The notes under the pieces were generated by a model. It was given only the letters and a program-made list of their open reading frames with translations. It did no database searches and was not told the origin of the DNA. The position numbers and the translations under genes were made by a program. From contig CM000207.1 of assembly GCA_000002445.1 (NCBI GenBank), forward strand, positions 288,001 through 352,000: a stretch of DNA of 64,000 bases, read 5' to 3'. This DNA comes from Trypanosoma brucei. Lineage: Eukaryota. Of the stretch, positions 21,224-32,879 are shown piece after piece. Positions within the stretch are counted from its first letter, which is position 1, and the number at the start of each line of letters is the position of its first letter.

Positions 21224-22852
21224 GTGCGAATGATGTTCGGCAAAGCAACTGGAGAAAAGATTGAGCTGGCGAGCACATCGGCGGCGATAACCCTCCTTAT
21301 TTGCATGTTGGGTACCCCTAGCGAGGTGGATGCAACTGCAGGGCACGCTATCAAGAGACAGCATTGGGTTGCTATTTTTGAACTAGGGCAGGATGCAGAA
21401 AAGATACCAGCTTTAGCACTGACAAACCTGAGGAGCGCTGCAAGCGTGGCCGAAGATGCATTCACGAAGCTACTAAGAGCGCTAATTTACGCGCAAGCTA
21501 ACCTCACTAGAAGAACCCTACCAAAGGAAAAGGCAGCATGGTTTTTTTTGGGAGAAGAGGTCGCCGCTGGTCTAGCTTACTTCAAGGGCGGCAAAGCAGC
21601 AGCTGACATAACAGCCGCCCGTAACGCCGGTAGGCTGCAGGGCGCCATCACAGAATTCATTGAGCTCCACGCAGAGGGCTCAGACGGAACTAACGGCTGT
21701 CTCAGCGCAGATGACGACGGGGGCAACCCGATCAGCGGCAAGGCAACTTTCTCAGGCGCAACAACGGCATGCAAAGCAAACTGGGATGACGTAAAAGCAG
21801 CATCAACAAGGCCAACAGTTATCGCCGCCAACGGACTCGTAGGAAAACTGCAAAACGGAGTCGACCACGACAATCTAGTAAACGGAGCGAAACAGTGCGA
21901 TATAAACTCAGCGAAAACGACCTTCAAGCTGTCTGACGGGGCAAGCGACGGAACTAACGTGGGCACGCACATACCGAAAATGGCGGCAGGCATAATAACA
22001 GTGGGCACCACGGGACTCGAGATACCAAGCATGGCAAGCGTGGGACCGACGACTGGGCACCACGACTTCTTGAAATCAATAGTACAAGCAGCAAAGTGCG
22101 ACCAACACAGACTGCAAAAAGCAGCAGTGGACACCCTGGCAGAGGCGCAGAAGGAACCGAGGTTCAAAAAGGCAACAAAAATACACCTCCAAAACAAGAA
22201 ATCCGACGACCCCGATGATGAAGACTCCAGAGAGCGTGCGATAAAGACGGCATACGGCGACGACGACGGCATGCGGAAGGTGCTTTACGCCCACCCAGAT
22301 GGCCAACCAATCCCCAAAGCAGCACTAGGCACCGACGCCGACACAACATTAGGCCAAATCACGGACGTTGGTGAACTGATGCGTTTGTACTTTTACTATT
22401 CGGACTTGAACAAGCAGAAACTACTAGAAGCTGAGAAAAAACTTCAAGAAGTAGAAACCAAGACGGCTACAAAATCAGCAGAAGACAAAGAGAAAGAATG
22501 CAATACCAAAGGGAAAGACAAAAAGGAAGAGTGTGAAAAACTAGCGAAAGAGGGGTGCGTTTTTAACACAGAAGCCAAAAAGTGTGAGTTGAAAAAAGAA
22601 GTGAAACCTGAGCTAGAAAAAGCAAACCAGGAAACAGGAAAGACAACAACAGATAAGTGTGGCATAGAAAAACCTCCTGAGGACTGCGAAAAAGTGCAAG
22701 GTACGAAACCCAAAGGAAAAAATGTCGTTTGTGGTTGGATTGATTATATTGATGGAAAGGGCAAAGTTGAGCCAGCTTGCCGCTCTTCTAGTTTTCTAGT
22801 CGACAAGAAACTTGCTCTTATTTCTGCTGCATTTGTGAGCTTGCTTTTTTGA
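21224..22852 (+). CDS. VSG, apparently intact (542 aa) with signal peptide, N-terminal domain, Cys-rich C-terminal domain and GPI signal
   Basis: This is one uninterrupted ORF. The N-terminus carries a hydrophobic stretch (AAITLLICMLGTPSEVDA). The C-terminus reads ...KECNTKGKDKKEECEKLAKEGCVFNTEAKKCELKK...CGIEKPPEDCEKVQG...VVCGWIDYIDGKGKVEPACRSSSFLVDKKLALISAAFVSLLF. A 70-bp repeat array lies about 0.9 kb upstream and the exact 16-mer lies 90 bp downstream. Confidence 0.85.
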   Translation: MRMMFGKATGEKIELASTSAAITLLICMLGTPSEVDATAGHAIKRQHWVAIFELGQDAEKIPALALTNLRSAASVAEDAFTKLLRALIYAQANLTRRTLPKEKAAWFFLGEEVAAGLAYFKGGKAAADITAARNAGRLQGAITEFIELHAEGSDGTNGCLSADDDGGNPISGKATFSGATTACKANWDDVKAASTRPTVIAANGLVGKLQNGVDHDNLVNGAKQCDINSAKTTFKLSDGASDGTNVGTHIPKMAAGIITVGTTGLEIPSMASVGPTTGHHDFLKSIVQAAKCDQHRLQKAAVDTLAEAQKEPRFKKATKIHLQNKKSDDPDDEDSRERAIKTAYGDDDGMRKVLYAHPDGQPIPKAALGTDADTTLGQITDVGELMRLYFYYSDLNKQKLLEAEKKLQEVETKTATKSAEDKEKECNTKGKDKKEECEKLAKEGCVFNTEAKKCELKKEVKPELEKANQETGKTTTDKCGIEKPPEDCEKVQGTKPKGKNVVCGWIDYIDGKGKVEPACRSSSFLVDKKLALISAAFVSLLF

Positions 22853-22941
22853 TGATTCTAAAATAGTAAAGAATTTTGCTTAATTTTATGATATTTATGA
22901 AATTTGCTATTTTTAGAGAATTTTATAAGATTGCTAAAATT

Positions 22942-22957
22942 TGATATATTTTAACAC
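22942..22957 (+). promoter_or_regulatory. VSG 3'UTR 16-mer TGATATATTTTAACAC
   Basis: Exact 16-mer in the 3'UTR of the intact VSG. Confidence 0.75.
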
Positions 22958-23109
22958 TATTTGATAAAAATGTACAAGTTACTTGAAAATTTAAGAAATT
23001 ACGCACGATTACGGCTTACGGATGTAAAGTAGTTGGGTTGTAGGTTAGTAACAACGAGTGGTATTCTAATTTAGCTTACTTTGTTTATTTTTCTTCATTT
23101 CATGGATAA

Positions 23110-23210
23110 TAGTTAGGGTTATAATAATAATAACAAAGATGATATTAACATGAGAGCGTGCCGAAAGTGTGTACATACTAATATTATAATAAGAGTAGTG
23201 GTGAGAACTA
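23110..23210. repeat. Single 70-bp repeat unit
   Basis: The unit reads ataataataacaaagatgatattaacatgagagcgtgccgaaagtgtgtacatactaatattataataagagtag. Confidence 0.6.
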
Positions 23211-23746
23211 AACTGACGGGGAAAATAAAAGCGATTCAAACACTGACAAGCGTGTGAGCGGAGTAAGTGAATGAAAAAAAGTGAGTGAGTGGGTGTGGGA
23301 GCGCGAGAAATATGATTGGTGTAAACACAAAATAAAGAAGATAGACAGAGGGAAGATATATTGTATTCACATGCTCCGGCAAAAATATGATGATTACCAT
23401 TATAATACACAAGAAGATGATGTATAGAAAAATGGCGTAGCGACAGGACTCAGAGCAAAAGTCAAATAGTGTCGGTACGTTATCTGTAGAAAACTCAACA
23501 GAAGACAAAAAAAGAGCAAAAATACATACTGAAATTGCTGGGTGCGGAAGATTGAATCACAGAATAAACTGATACCATAGGTGATTGTGCTCCGTATTTT
23601 AAACGAATTGATAGAGGCTAATGTAGAGATGATGGGTGGCAACTGTAGTTATTAATCTGATTTGGGAGCCAGGTGTTAGACAATAAGCTGTTACATCAGA
23701 GGCGCAAAGAATGAATGTGTGACCTTTTACTTTAACGGAAGAATAT

Positions 23747-26700
23747 CCCTTGTGACGGCGGTCACCTCATCGTGGTGCAAGGGTCTAGTACTCCGTCCAG
23801 GAGGAAGTCAAGTGCCCGCATTACTCCCGGTCAAACAGGTTGGGACGGGAAATGGGCTTTCGGCGACCAGAGAAGGAGCAATCAGCAGTATCGGCATTCT
23901 GGGATGAAGAAATATATTAAACTTCTCTTCTGCACGTGCGAGCGTGCTTCAATTGGAATGCATAGACTTCTACTGCTTCTTAGCGGGGATGTGAAACAGA
24001 ATCCGAGTCCTGTCATTTGTGGAGCCCAGTGGAACTCTGGGTCGTTACCTCAGGTAAAACGATTTGCCTTGGAAAGGCAACCTCAAAAGGACCACGTACT
24101 ATTCTGTCTGTTGCAGGAGACTCACTTGGCTCCAGCGGAATGTACTGCGCTTAATATAAGATGATTCCAGTATGTGGAATTGGCGAAAAAACCGCACAGG
24201 GGTCGGGTTTCAATTTTAGTAAGAGATAGGGTGGAAGTGGAAATGGGACAGATGGAAAAAGGAGTCCTAGAAAGAGTGTCAGTGACGCTGCGATTTTCAG
24301 CTGATGTAAAATTGACAGTCACTTCAGCTTATTTTCATAGAAAATCGAGGGTTTCCAACACAGCGTCGGAACAATTAGCGGTAGAAAGCGGTCCTCTTGT
24401 AGTAGGGGCTGATGTCAACTCGCATCATGACTTGTGGAACATAATGCAGCATAGTGACGACAAAGGGGAATGTATTGTGTATTGGTGTATCGAAAACGAT
24501 ATGAAGATAGGAAACACCAGAAAAGAAACCCGTCATCAGTCAGGAGGGAACGGCTGTATTGCCTTAAAAAGACATCACCATGTGCGGAGAATGTGAGGTA
24601 GTAGATTGGACAACCACACTGGTTTCTGAAGGTGACCGTTTTGAATCACTTTTGATGATGTGGTGAATGGTGGTACAGAGGCAATTGCACTATTAAAACC
24701 TGCCAGGGTTTTATGCGCGTGAAAAAAAGCGCGTTGGATTTACTTCAGAAAGGTGAGTGATAAGTTCATTTTCAACAAGACTAAGGAAAAAATAAAGGAT
24801 GCGGATGCGTTAAATGAAGCCATCAGGAGAAACATAAGACAGGCAGCCAAGAAAACAATACCAAAGGGTAAGGGTGTAGCGCCGCCTTTCTGGACGTAGG
24901 AGCTGACGAAGCTGGACAAAATGGTTCAGAAGTGCAAGAGCGAACGGAAAAGGGACACCCTGATTCGCTGGAGGAGAAAAGCGCTGGCTGAAATGGCGCT
25001 GGGTCAGTGGAAGGAGAACGTGTCGAAGCTGGCGACCACGGATTCAGCGAACTAGAACTTTGTGAAGTCGATATATACACTGCGGCCGTTGACGTAACCA
25101 GTGGTGGTGGTGGACGGCCATCCGTTGATAAAGCGCAAGCAAGCACAAGCACTGTCCAACATGTACAAGACCAGGTCAACGAAGGCACCACATTTTCCAG
25201 AAATGAAAAGACCCAGCACCAGGTGGAGCGCGGTCCGACCGATCACCTTGGCATAGCTGGAAGTTGCGCTGCGTGAGCTGTCTTCTGGCACGGAACATGG
25301 CGATGATGCGATCGAAAGCGATGATATGAAGCAGATAGGATGAGTAGCCAAAAAGTATGTGCTGCGACTATTTAACTGAAGTCTGCGCACGGGGAGGGTA
25401 CAAGCCAAGTGGAGGCACGGCATCATAGTCCCGCTGCTGAAGCCGAACAATCCAGCTAGCAGTATCGCGTCCTTTCGGCCGGCCACTCTCATGAGCACGC
25501 TGTGCAAGGTGATGGAGCGCATCGTGGCACGTCGTGTTAGGAACTGTATTGAAGACGATCGGCAGCCACAGCAGGCAGGCTTCAGGCCGGCGCGGTCGAC
25601 GCTGGACACGCTCATGCAGGTGATAAGCACAATGCGGCGGAGGAAGGACGGTGAGAAGACCGCAACTGTGTTCATTGACTACGCGCGTGCTTTTGATTCG
25701 GTTGATCACGGCTGCATGGTCGAGGTGCTAGGGTTATTTGGAGTTAAGAAGCATCTGGTGGCGTGGATCGCGGGCTTCCTGCAGTGTCGCACGGCGCAGG
25801 TGAGGGTGAAAAATGCGCTTTCGGAGAATACACAACTCACCTGCGGCGTCCATCAGGGCTCGGTGTAAGGTCTACTGCTGTTCATCGTAACGGTGGATTC
25901 GCTGAGCAAGTGGCTGAACTGCATCCCTGGGTTGCAGCGCGTTTTTTTCGCGGACGACCTCACAATAGTATGCGCGAGCTCTGACCTGAATGCAATCCAG
26001 CGAACCGTCAAACAAGGGCTGGATTGCGTCACGAATTGGTCGGCAGAGTGCTACATGGAGGTGTCGGCGGAGAAGACTGAGTACACGCTGTTCAGGGCGC
26101 GGGACAAGAACCCACTGGGCCTGAGGATTGGAGAGACTGTGTTGAAGGAAGTACGAACACCGAAGCTGCTTGTTCCGACGATGCCACAGCCCTGAGCAAG
26201 CATGCAAGGAGTGTGAAGGCAGCGGCCGACACGCGGCTCTTGCCGCTCAGGGCTGTGGCATCGTCGGAATGGGGCCCAGAAAGGAAGAAACTGCGAACCT
26301 TCTAGCTGGCGCTGGTCCAGGATAAGATCTTTTACGGCATTGCTTCTTGGTGGTTCGATGCCTCGCTGTCGGACCGTGAGAGGCTGGAGAGGGTGCATGG
26401 ACAGGTGGCGCACATAGTGGAGTGTATTCCCAAGGCAGCCAATCGGGAGGATGCCATGCGAGAAGCTCGGCTGAAGTCTATAAACGATGTGGCGTACCGG
26501 AGAGCCTTGGAATACTATCAACGCATGAAAGCCAATGGCCAGACGTATGCACAGCTTGCGAACAGCATATTCACAGCTGAGAATCCAGTCCATGTCAGGC
26601 TTGCGACGGCACAGCGGCTGCACAGCACCATTGATGGCCCGGGCAAGCGACACGATGCGACGGTGTTGCGGCTGGCCAAGCGCGTCCACTTCAACAACAC

Positions 26701-29190
26701 CGAGCTAGGCGACATTAAAGTGGACGCGCCGGAGAAGGACAAGAAGGTGAATACCATGCGGTGGGTACAGCGGTCCAAGGACTATGACAACCAGGTGTGG
26801 ACAGAAGGGTCCGTGGTGCTGGACGTTTCGTCAGACGCAGGTACCCTTGTGCACCCAAAGGAGGGGAAGAGGGAGAAGGTTGTGCTGGGAGCTGGGCCGC
26901 CGGCCTGCAGCTATCGCGCGGAATGTGTGGCGATGGAGGCGGGGTTGAAGAGGCTAGCTGATTTCATGGAGCTAAAAAAGACGCACAGAACGAGAGTTGT
27001 GGCCTTCACGGACTCACTGTCGCTGTTGATGGCGCTGAGTACTGGCTGCGGTGGTGGAGAACGCGATTCTGAGACGTATTTGGGACCTCATCTTGCGTAT
27101 TGTGCGGTTTCGTGTATCCATCCACTTCCAGTTCGTGTTTTCGAATTGCGTGGTGCTACGCAATGACGCAGCTAACAAGGCAGCCGAGAAGGGAAACACA
27201 AAGCTGCAGTCGTATCCAGCATGGATCACGGACGCAGTCACAGGTATAGAAAGGCAAATCCGTTGCGAAAGGAACAATGAATTCAAGGAGGGAAAAACAT
27301 CACAAGGACACCGCAGTGTTCTCCTCAACTATATTAAACCTACGCAGAAAAAACAAAATGGACAAAATAGGGGAATAACTACAAGTGCAATTTAGAACAG
27401 ACACCTCGAAACATTTCGGATGGCTACATCGTGTGCTCAAAAAAACAATGGAGAACACTAAGTGTACGTTGTGTCGTTGTGAATTAGCGAAGTAGGAGAG
27501 AAGTGATAAGATGAAAAAGATAAGTACACAAAATGATAATACGAAGACGCAGTCATCACAGGTGGACGTGCGACATAATGAGCCCATAATATGCCCGTTG
27601 TGCAACGTGGTGTGTGCTCGTCGTCAAGCTGGAGTAGTGCGCCTGATGAATATACACAGTTGGAAAAGAGAAATGGCACTGGAAATGACAAGGATTGCAA
27701 AATTGGCAGTACAGGAGTATAAATGTAAATACAGCTGCCATGTTTGTGAAATGGATTTTGAGAGGTGAGGTTTACTAGTGGAGCACATGGTCACACACAA
27801 ACACGCACGCCCCGGAAATAATATCGCAGGTTGAAAATCAACAGAAAAGGAGCATAAAAGAAGAGGTAGATTCGGAAAGACAAAAGCTAACGTGTCGATG
27901 GTGCCACATTGAATATGTGTCGTATGGATGGTTAAAAAGGCATATGCTAACAAAAAATCCTGAATAGCAGCAAACAGAATACGACAAAAATTAGAATCAA
28001 CAGGCAGAGCATGGCACGGAGGATACGGATATTAATGAGGAGAAACTGGAGTGTCAAAGGTGTAAAATGGTGGTAAAGAGTAAAACTTGGTTGAACAGAC
28101 GCGAATGCATTCGAAATCAGGCAATACTACAGGAGACTTCAAAGAGACAGAAAATCAACTTAAAGAAATATGCTGCACATGTGGAAAGGAGTACCAATAC
28201 AGCTGGTTGCTTCGTCATATGCATAAGAAGAACCCAGGATACGATGAGTCTTTGAGGCCAAGGATGTGAGTGCAGAATAGAAAAGTCAAGAAGGAAACGA
28301 AAAGGGAAGTTAGCGATAACAGGAAAGCAGTGCAGGGTGCAGGGGCAACAATTGATGGGAAAAACCGGGAAAAAGGCCAATAATAGGGAGGCACACAGAA
28401 GTAGAAGAAGGAAGAGATTTTGTGTGTTAGGTAAAATAGTGCATACAAGTCACAATACTCACTGTTATGGCACACACAAACACACTATAAGGGCGCTACA
28501 AATGTTCAAAGAAAGATGAAAGATGACTCGCTAATAATAACTCCTACAATGCAAAGATTACTTCAGCGCCCATACTGCCCAATGAGATGCACACAGAAGC
28601 AGCGCCTCACAATGTATCTACTGGCGAGGCACGGACAGCCGAAGAAGGAAGCCGCGCACAACTTTCTGATGGTCTCATGTGAGGAGTCATCTGTGCGTCT
28701 GCTGGTGCGACAGAAACTTCTGCCAACAAGGAAAAACACGGTGTGGAACACCTTGAAAAAGAGGAAATACATAAAAGTGAACAGATACCAGGATTCCTAA
28801 AAGATCTCTTGAAGGTAAAGGGCCGCGATGAACCCAATCTATACACTCACAAAGAGAAACCCACTCGGGAAGTGAAAATGGGAAGATCGCCAGAAAAGTT
28901 GGATATCCCATCCCACCCTGCGCAGCCTTTGGTAATACAGACAGTCTCTCATATGGAGGGGAGAAAACGCCCTAGCAAAATGTTTCCCCCGTACAGGCAA
29001 AGAGGGGTACAGTTTCGATGGAAGAAGCGAGGACTGAATCGGGGCTATATAAACATCTTCCAAAGATGTGCAGAGAATAGGAAGTAGCAGATAAAATGGG
29101 GAAGCACATGCACATTAAATGCACAACGAAAAATGCACATATTCCATTTCTATTTCTCTCCCCCCGTCTCACTGAGCTATCTTTTAAAAA
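23747..29190 (+). mobile_element. Degenerate ingi-related retroelement (DIRE-like) on the plus strand; the 3' boundary is approximate
   Basis: The 5' end CCCTTGTGACGGCGGTCACCTCATCGTGGTGCAAGGGTC aligns with the ingi 5' terminus. The domain order matches ingi but the ORF is shattered: a decayed 2A motif (GDVKQNPSP), an endonuclease (24174-24596), RT (25491-26195, FADDLTIV), RNase H (26393-27395, WTEGSV...SYRAECVAMEAGL...FTDSLSLL) and C2H2 fingers (27511-28269). The 3' end is placed at the A-run near 29185. No convincing TSD was seen. Confidence 0.6.
23772..28269 (+). pseudogene. Shattered endonuclease/RT/RNase H/zinc-finger ORF of the degenerate ingi-related element
   Basis: Many short plus-strand ORFs in all three frames are each homologous to successive parts of the ingi ORF at 3390-8365 (minus strand). 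Confidence 0.6.
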
Positions 29191-29858
29191 ATATTCCTCG
29201 TGCTATTCCTCTCGCACTCACTTGCTCTTTTACATTGCGCCCTCGGAGTTGGCTTAAGTGCCCCTATTTTGTTTAGCGTCGTTGTGTGCCACCGCTCATA
29301 TCATAAAATTAGTATGTACACTTACATGGCACACCCAATATTACATACTGCTATTACTGTCGTAACCTTAAACTACTCGTAATATCTATTATTAAAACAA
29401 AATAAGCCAAAATAGAAAAAGTTATAATAGAACCCATTTTTCATACTTTATCGCAACACTAAGCTATACCCACAAGTCAAAAATATCTGAAAACATTTAA
29501 GTACTTTCGCATTTTCAAAAACAAATATAAAATTAATCGAATAAACCATAGCTGTAAAAATCCTAAATGGCACTCATTTTCAACACTTCATCAACATATC
29601 ACTTTACATTCAAATATCAAAATTGTACAACAGCAAAAAAAGATCTCCCAAAGTTTCCACATGTTTGCAAAAAGCGCTGAAATACAAACGCACATTTAAG
29701 AATTGTATAAAATATTTTCAAAATGGATGTAAATTTATCTAGTTTATTTCGGCAAAGATGCAAAGTTTCGTACAATAAGATGTTCCAAAAAAAAATCCAC
29801 TACATTAATACATTTCCAAAAAGAAAATTCCACTACATTAAGATACTCCAATAAATTT

Positions 29859-31439
29859 TTATGCTAGGAGCAAAAATGCCATGAACAGAGGAATACTCAT
29901 CAAAGCAGAAATGCCAACTGCACCGTCACAAACTCCATCCTCCCATGTGCAGTCTTCTTTACAGTCTTCCTGCTGTATTGCTTTGCAATTTCCTTCTTGT
30001 CGTGCCATCATCCACTGAAGTGCTCTGGGCCATTTCCGCATTTGAGTTTCGTTCTGTTTCTTTGTGTCTTTCCTTTCGTCTGATTCGCATCTACCTTTTT
30101 CCTCGTTGCCTTCCCATGTGCATTCGCCACTGCAGTCCTGTTTCCCCTTACCACTGCAGCCCGTTTTGGTGATTTCAGTTTCGTCTGATTGTGCTTGCTT
30201 TGCCTCTTCTGTTGGTCTTTGATCTTCCAGATAAATTAGAGCCTTCTGTGCGTTTTTGTTTCTAACCGCATCAAGGAGTGTTTCAGTTACGAATCCTGAG
30301 CCAATGTGGTACGTCACGTTCTTAGTCCACAGAACTTTTACGAAGTCTCTGGTGAAGTTTTGCTTATCCCCCCCGTAAAGTTTTTGAAGTTGCGCTTCGA
30401 CGCTGCTTCCGGCCGAGGATTTACCTCTTGTTTCGTGAAAGAAGCTTTTGAACGCGAGTTGGACTTCGGTCGTGTTTGCTAACGTGACAGGCGTTAGACT
30501 GGATATGGTTATTATCTGAGGATCGGGTTCTTTTATGTATTTGCATAACTTGTTTATCAGTAAGTCGTTATCTTTTTCTGATTTCGTCGATTCATTTTGT
30601 ATCACAGCGCAATTTGTGCTCGAGTCGCTACCCTCGAATATCCTAATCGGCTCTACAGTGATGAGGCTGTCTTTTTCAGTCGTCGATGCCTCGAATTTAA
30701 CATAATGGTCACCTTTCAGCAGATGTCCACACCTCTCAACTAATGCTTCTGCGCTTTCCGGTCCCTTCGTTTTTTTAATCTCAACCAGATGCGTTATTCC
30801 CAGTGGTCTTAGTTTGCTGCTATTTAGCAGTTTGATATGCGTTGCTGTCTTCAAGTTAACGGAAATTCCTTCTGGTTGGCTGTTATCATTGGTTCGGTGT
30901 GCACAACTTCCGTCGCCGCGTAATATCGGTGTTTCATCGCCAGGGCATTCTCCTATGGATACGCTGTAGCCCTGTATTTTGCTTACTCCAACTATTGTCT
31001 TCCCCCGAATATTAATCGCCAGCAACGTGCGCGTTAGTGCCGCTCTCCTGTGCAGAAACTTTGCGGTTGCTACCGCTGCCTTGTACTTCCCATTGTGGAC
31101 CCGCCTTGCTGTCGCCGCTGCGGTGGACATGTACGCGGCAAGGGCATACGTCGCGGCCCGTTTCTCTGTTTGGTTTGTAACTGCGGCAAGAAGATCCCAT
31201 GCCTCTGCATAAATTTGCATGTCGGATATTTCGCGCTCCTGCCTTTCTGCCGCCGCTACGATGCGATTTGCGAGGTACTCCGTATACTTAGCCTCTGTGC
31301 AGAGATTTGTCACCTTGTCAGAAGATGGCTCTGTTACTGCTTGCGCCTGGCAACACCTCGACAATAACATGAGTAGCGCGGGCACACCTGCTGCAACAGC
31401 TGTGTGCGATATTACTTTGGTAGCGGTCTGATTTTGCAT
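29859..31439 (-). CDS. VSG-like GPI-anchored surface glycoprotein gene (526 aa), intact, on the strand opposite to the VSG array
   Basis: This is a long uninterrupted ORF. The N-terminus carries a hydrophobic segment (AAGVPALLMLLSRCC). The C-terminus is Cys-rich (CSGKGKQDCSGECTWEG...CKEDCTWEDGVCDG) and ends in a hydrophobic tail (ISALMSIPLFMAFLLLA) with no cytoplasmic domain. I did not find a canonical 16-mer in its 3'UTR, so it may be an atypical or VSG-related gene. Confidence 0.6.
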   Translation of the reverse strand: MQNQTATKVISHTAVAAGVPALLMLLSRCCQAQAVTEPSSDKVTNLCTEAKYTEYLANRIVAAAERQEREISDMQIYAEAWDLLAAVTNQTEKRAATYALAAYMSTAAATARRVHNGKYKAAVATAKFLHRRAALTRTLLAINIRGKTIVGVSKIQGYSVSIGECPGDETPILRGDGSCAHRTNDNSQPEGISVNLKTATHIKLLNSSKLRPLGITHLVEIKKTKGPESAEALVERCGHLLKGDHYVKFEASTTEKDSLITVEPIRIFEGSDSSTNCAVIQNESTKSEKDNDLLINKLCKYIKEPDPQIITISSLTPVTLANTTEVQLAFKSFFHETRGKSSAGSSVEAQLQKLYGGDKQNFTRDFVKVLWTKNVTYHIGSGFVTETLLDAVRNKNAQKALIYLEDQRPTEEAKQAQSDETEITKTGCSGKGKQDCSGECTWEGNEEKGRCESDERKDTKKQNETQMRKWPRALQWMMARQEGNCKAIQQEDCKEDCTWEDGVCDGAVGISALMSIPLFMAFLLLA

Positions 31440-32879
31440 TGGCTTCTTTCCTTTTTTTTCGAATATGCTCCGTTACTTTTGTGTCTTTAACTTCTTTGTT
31501 GGCAGTGCTTGTATCTTTGTCATTTGTGGCAATACGTGGAATTTCAGTGTTCCGCAGGAGACAGCAGTTGTCCCAATAACAATTTTAAAAGCCAGGACAA
31601 AAATGTTTTTAAGAGCAACCCCTTTAAGGACTACAGTGACTATGAAACCGTGATCATGTTTGCTATCTTCCGTATGCAGAAAAAAAAACGGCTGCGCCAT
31701 TGTCATATCTTCACGTTATTTGTGTTGTGGGTTTTAGCGGAGCTATCACTAATGGAATGCACCCGACCATTACTGCTCTCTTGCTGAATGAGTGTGCCGT
31801 GCCCGCGTGCTTCCTTCTCCAAGCTCCCTTCCACTTCTCACGTTGTGGATCTCACCAAACCATATAGTGGCGCCTTTCCTCATCCCATTGCTCCTCGTAA
31901 ACTTTCTTCCGACGGAAGTTGCGCAATACTTGATCTTTTCGGGAAATATATAATTATGAGTTTGGGCAGCAACTCCTTCCCGAGTATAATCATACCTGAT
32001 ACTTCCTTAAGGCCCTATATTATTTCTGAGCATGGCACAACGCCTCTGCAGCCCTTCACTAGTTCATGCATCCCTCTTCCTCCCTTGGAAGGCCTTGTTA
32101 TTTCAATGTGCCGATATCCTAACCCTAACAGTAACGGACGGATAAGAAAGCATAAAATATGAAATTTCTGCCGCAATATACATGTGAGATGACGGAAAAT
32201 AAACGGATTGTTTATCATTAAAGTTGAAATTGAGTGATAAACTCATAAAAAGAGTTTAAAAGAAATTAGCATAGCAATAATAATGATAAAAATAGTGGAA
32301 GTTTGGACAACCAAAGGGTGTGTCTTTGAATGTACGTCGCAGATGGCACGCCACAATGTCCCAGTCTATCGAATTGCTCTTGGAGATGTTTGAAATACTC
32401 GTTTTCACTTACTCTGTCGTTGGTCTCGAGGAGGGCGGTTGCTTCAACAAAAAGTAGGTCAAGCGTTGTGTAAAACTCACGCGCCCTCTGAGTGAGCTTC
32501 CCTGTCTGGAGCGTCACCACTCGTTTGGATGTTCTGTTGCCGCTGCTTTTTTCTCTGGCATTGGCCAACGTGTGACCGAAGCGTTCGAGGAGCTCCGCGA
32601 CGGTGCACAGGACGGACAACGAATTGTTGCTCTCTTTGGATCCGCCGTCTTGGGCAGCGAGAACCTGCCCGCTGCCAAGCGAAAGCTCAAGAACAAGTTC
32701 CCAGAGAAACCCAAGTCTGCTCACATCTTATAGAATGCTTAAATACTGAATCAAGGGAATTTAAACAACTAGGGAAAGGACGAAAAGGCGATTAATAACC
32801 GTACCTACTTTTATCACGGATATGAAAGATCTCACTGCTCCTTTCCATCAAGGACATTGTCAGTTGATACGAGCAGATA

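Noticed and set aside
29400-29858. Search for the VSG 16-mer downstream of the minus-strand VSG-like gene.
   Set aside because: By eye there is no GTGTTAAAATATATCA-like string on the plus strand. The 3'UTR is therefore not annotated as carrying the element. A weak variant could have been missed without a position weight matrix scan.
32118-32129. Short interstitial CCTAACCCTAAC. A second one, TAACCCTAAC, lies at 33119-33128.
   Set aside because: Only about two telomere-repeat units each. Such short matches occur by chance in 64 kb and are not comparable to the long tracts at 17715-18778.
32266-32724. A 152-aa minus-strand ORF between the VSG-like gene and the AC-rich tract.
   Set aside because: No motif, no obvious signal sequence and no polypyrimidine or AG context could be verified. 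It is left unannotated rather than called a gene.
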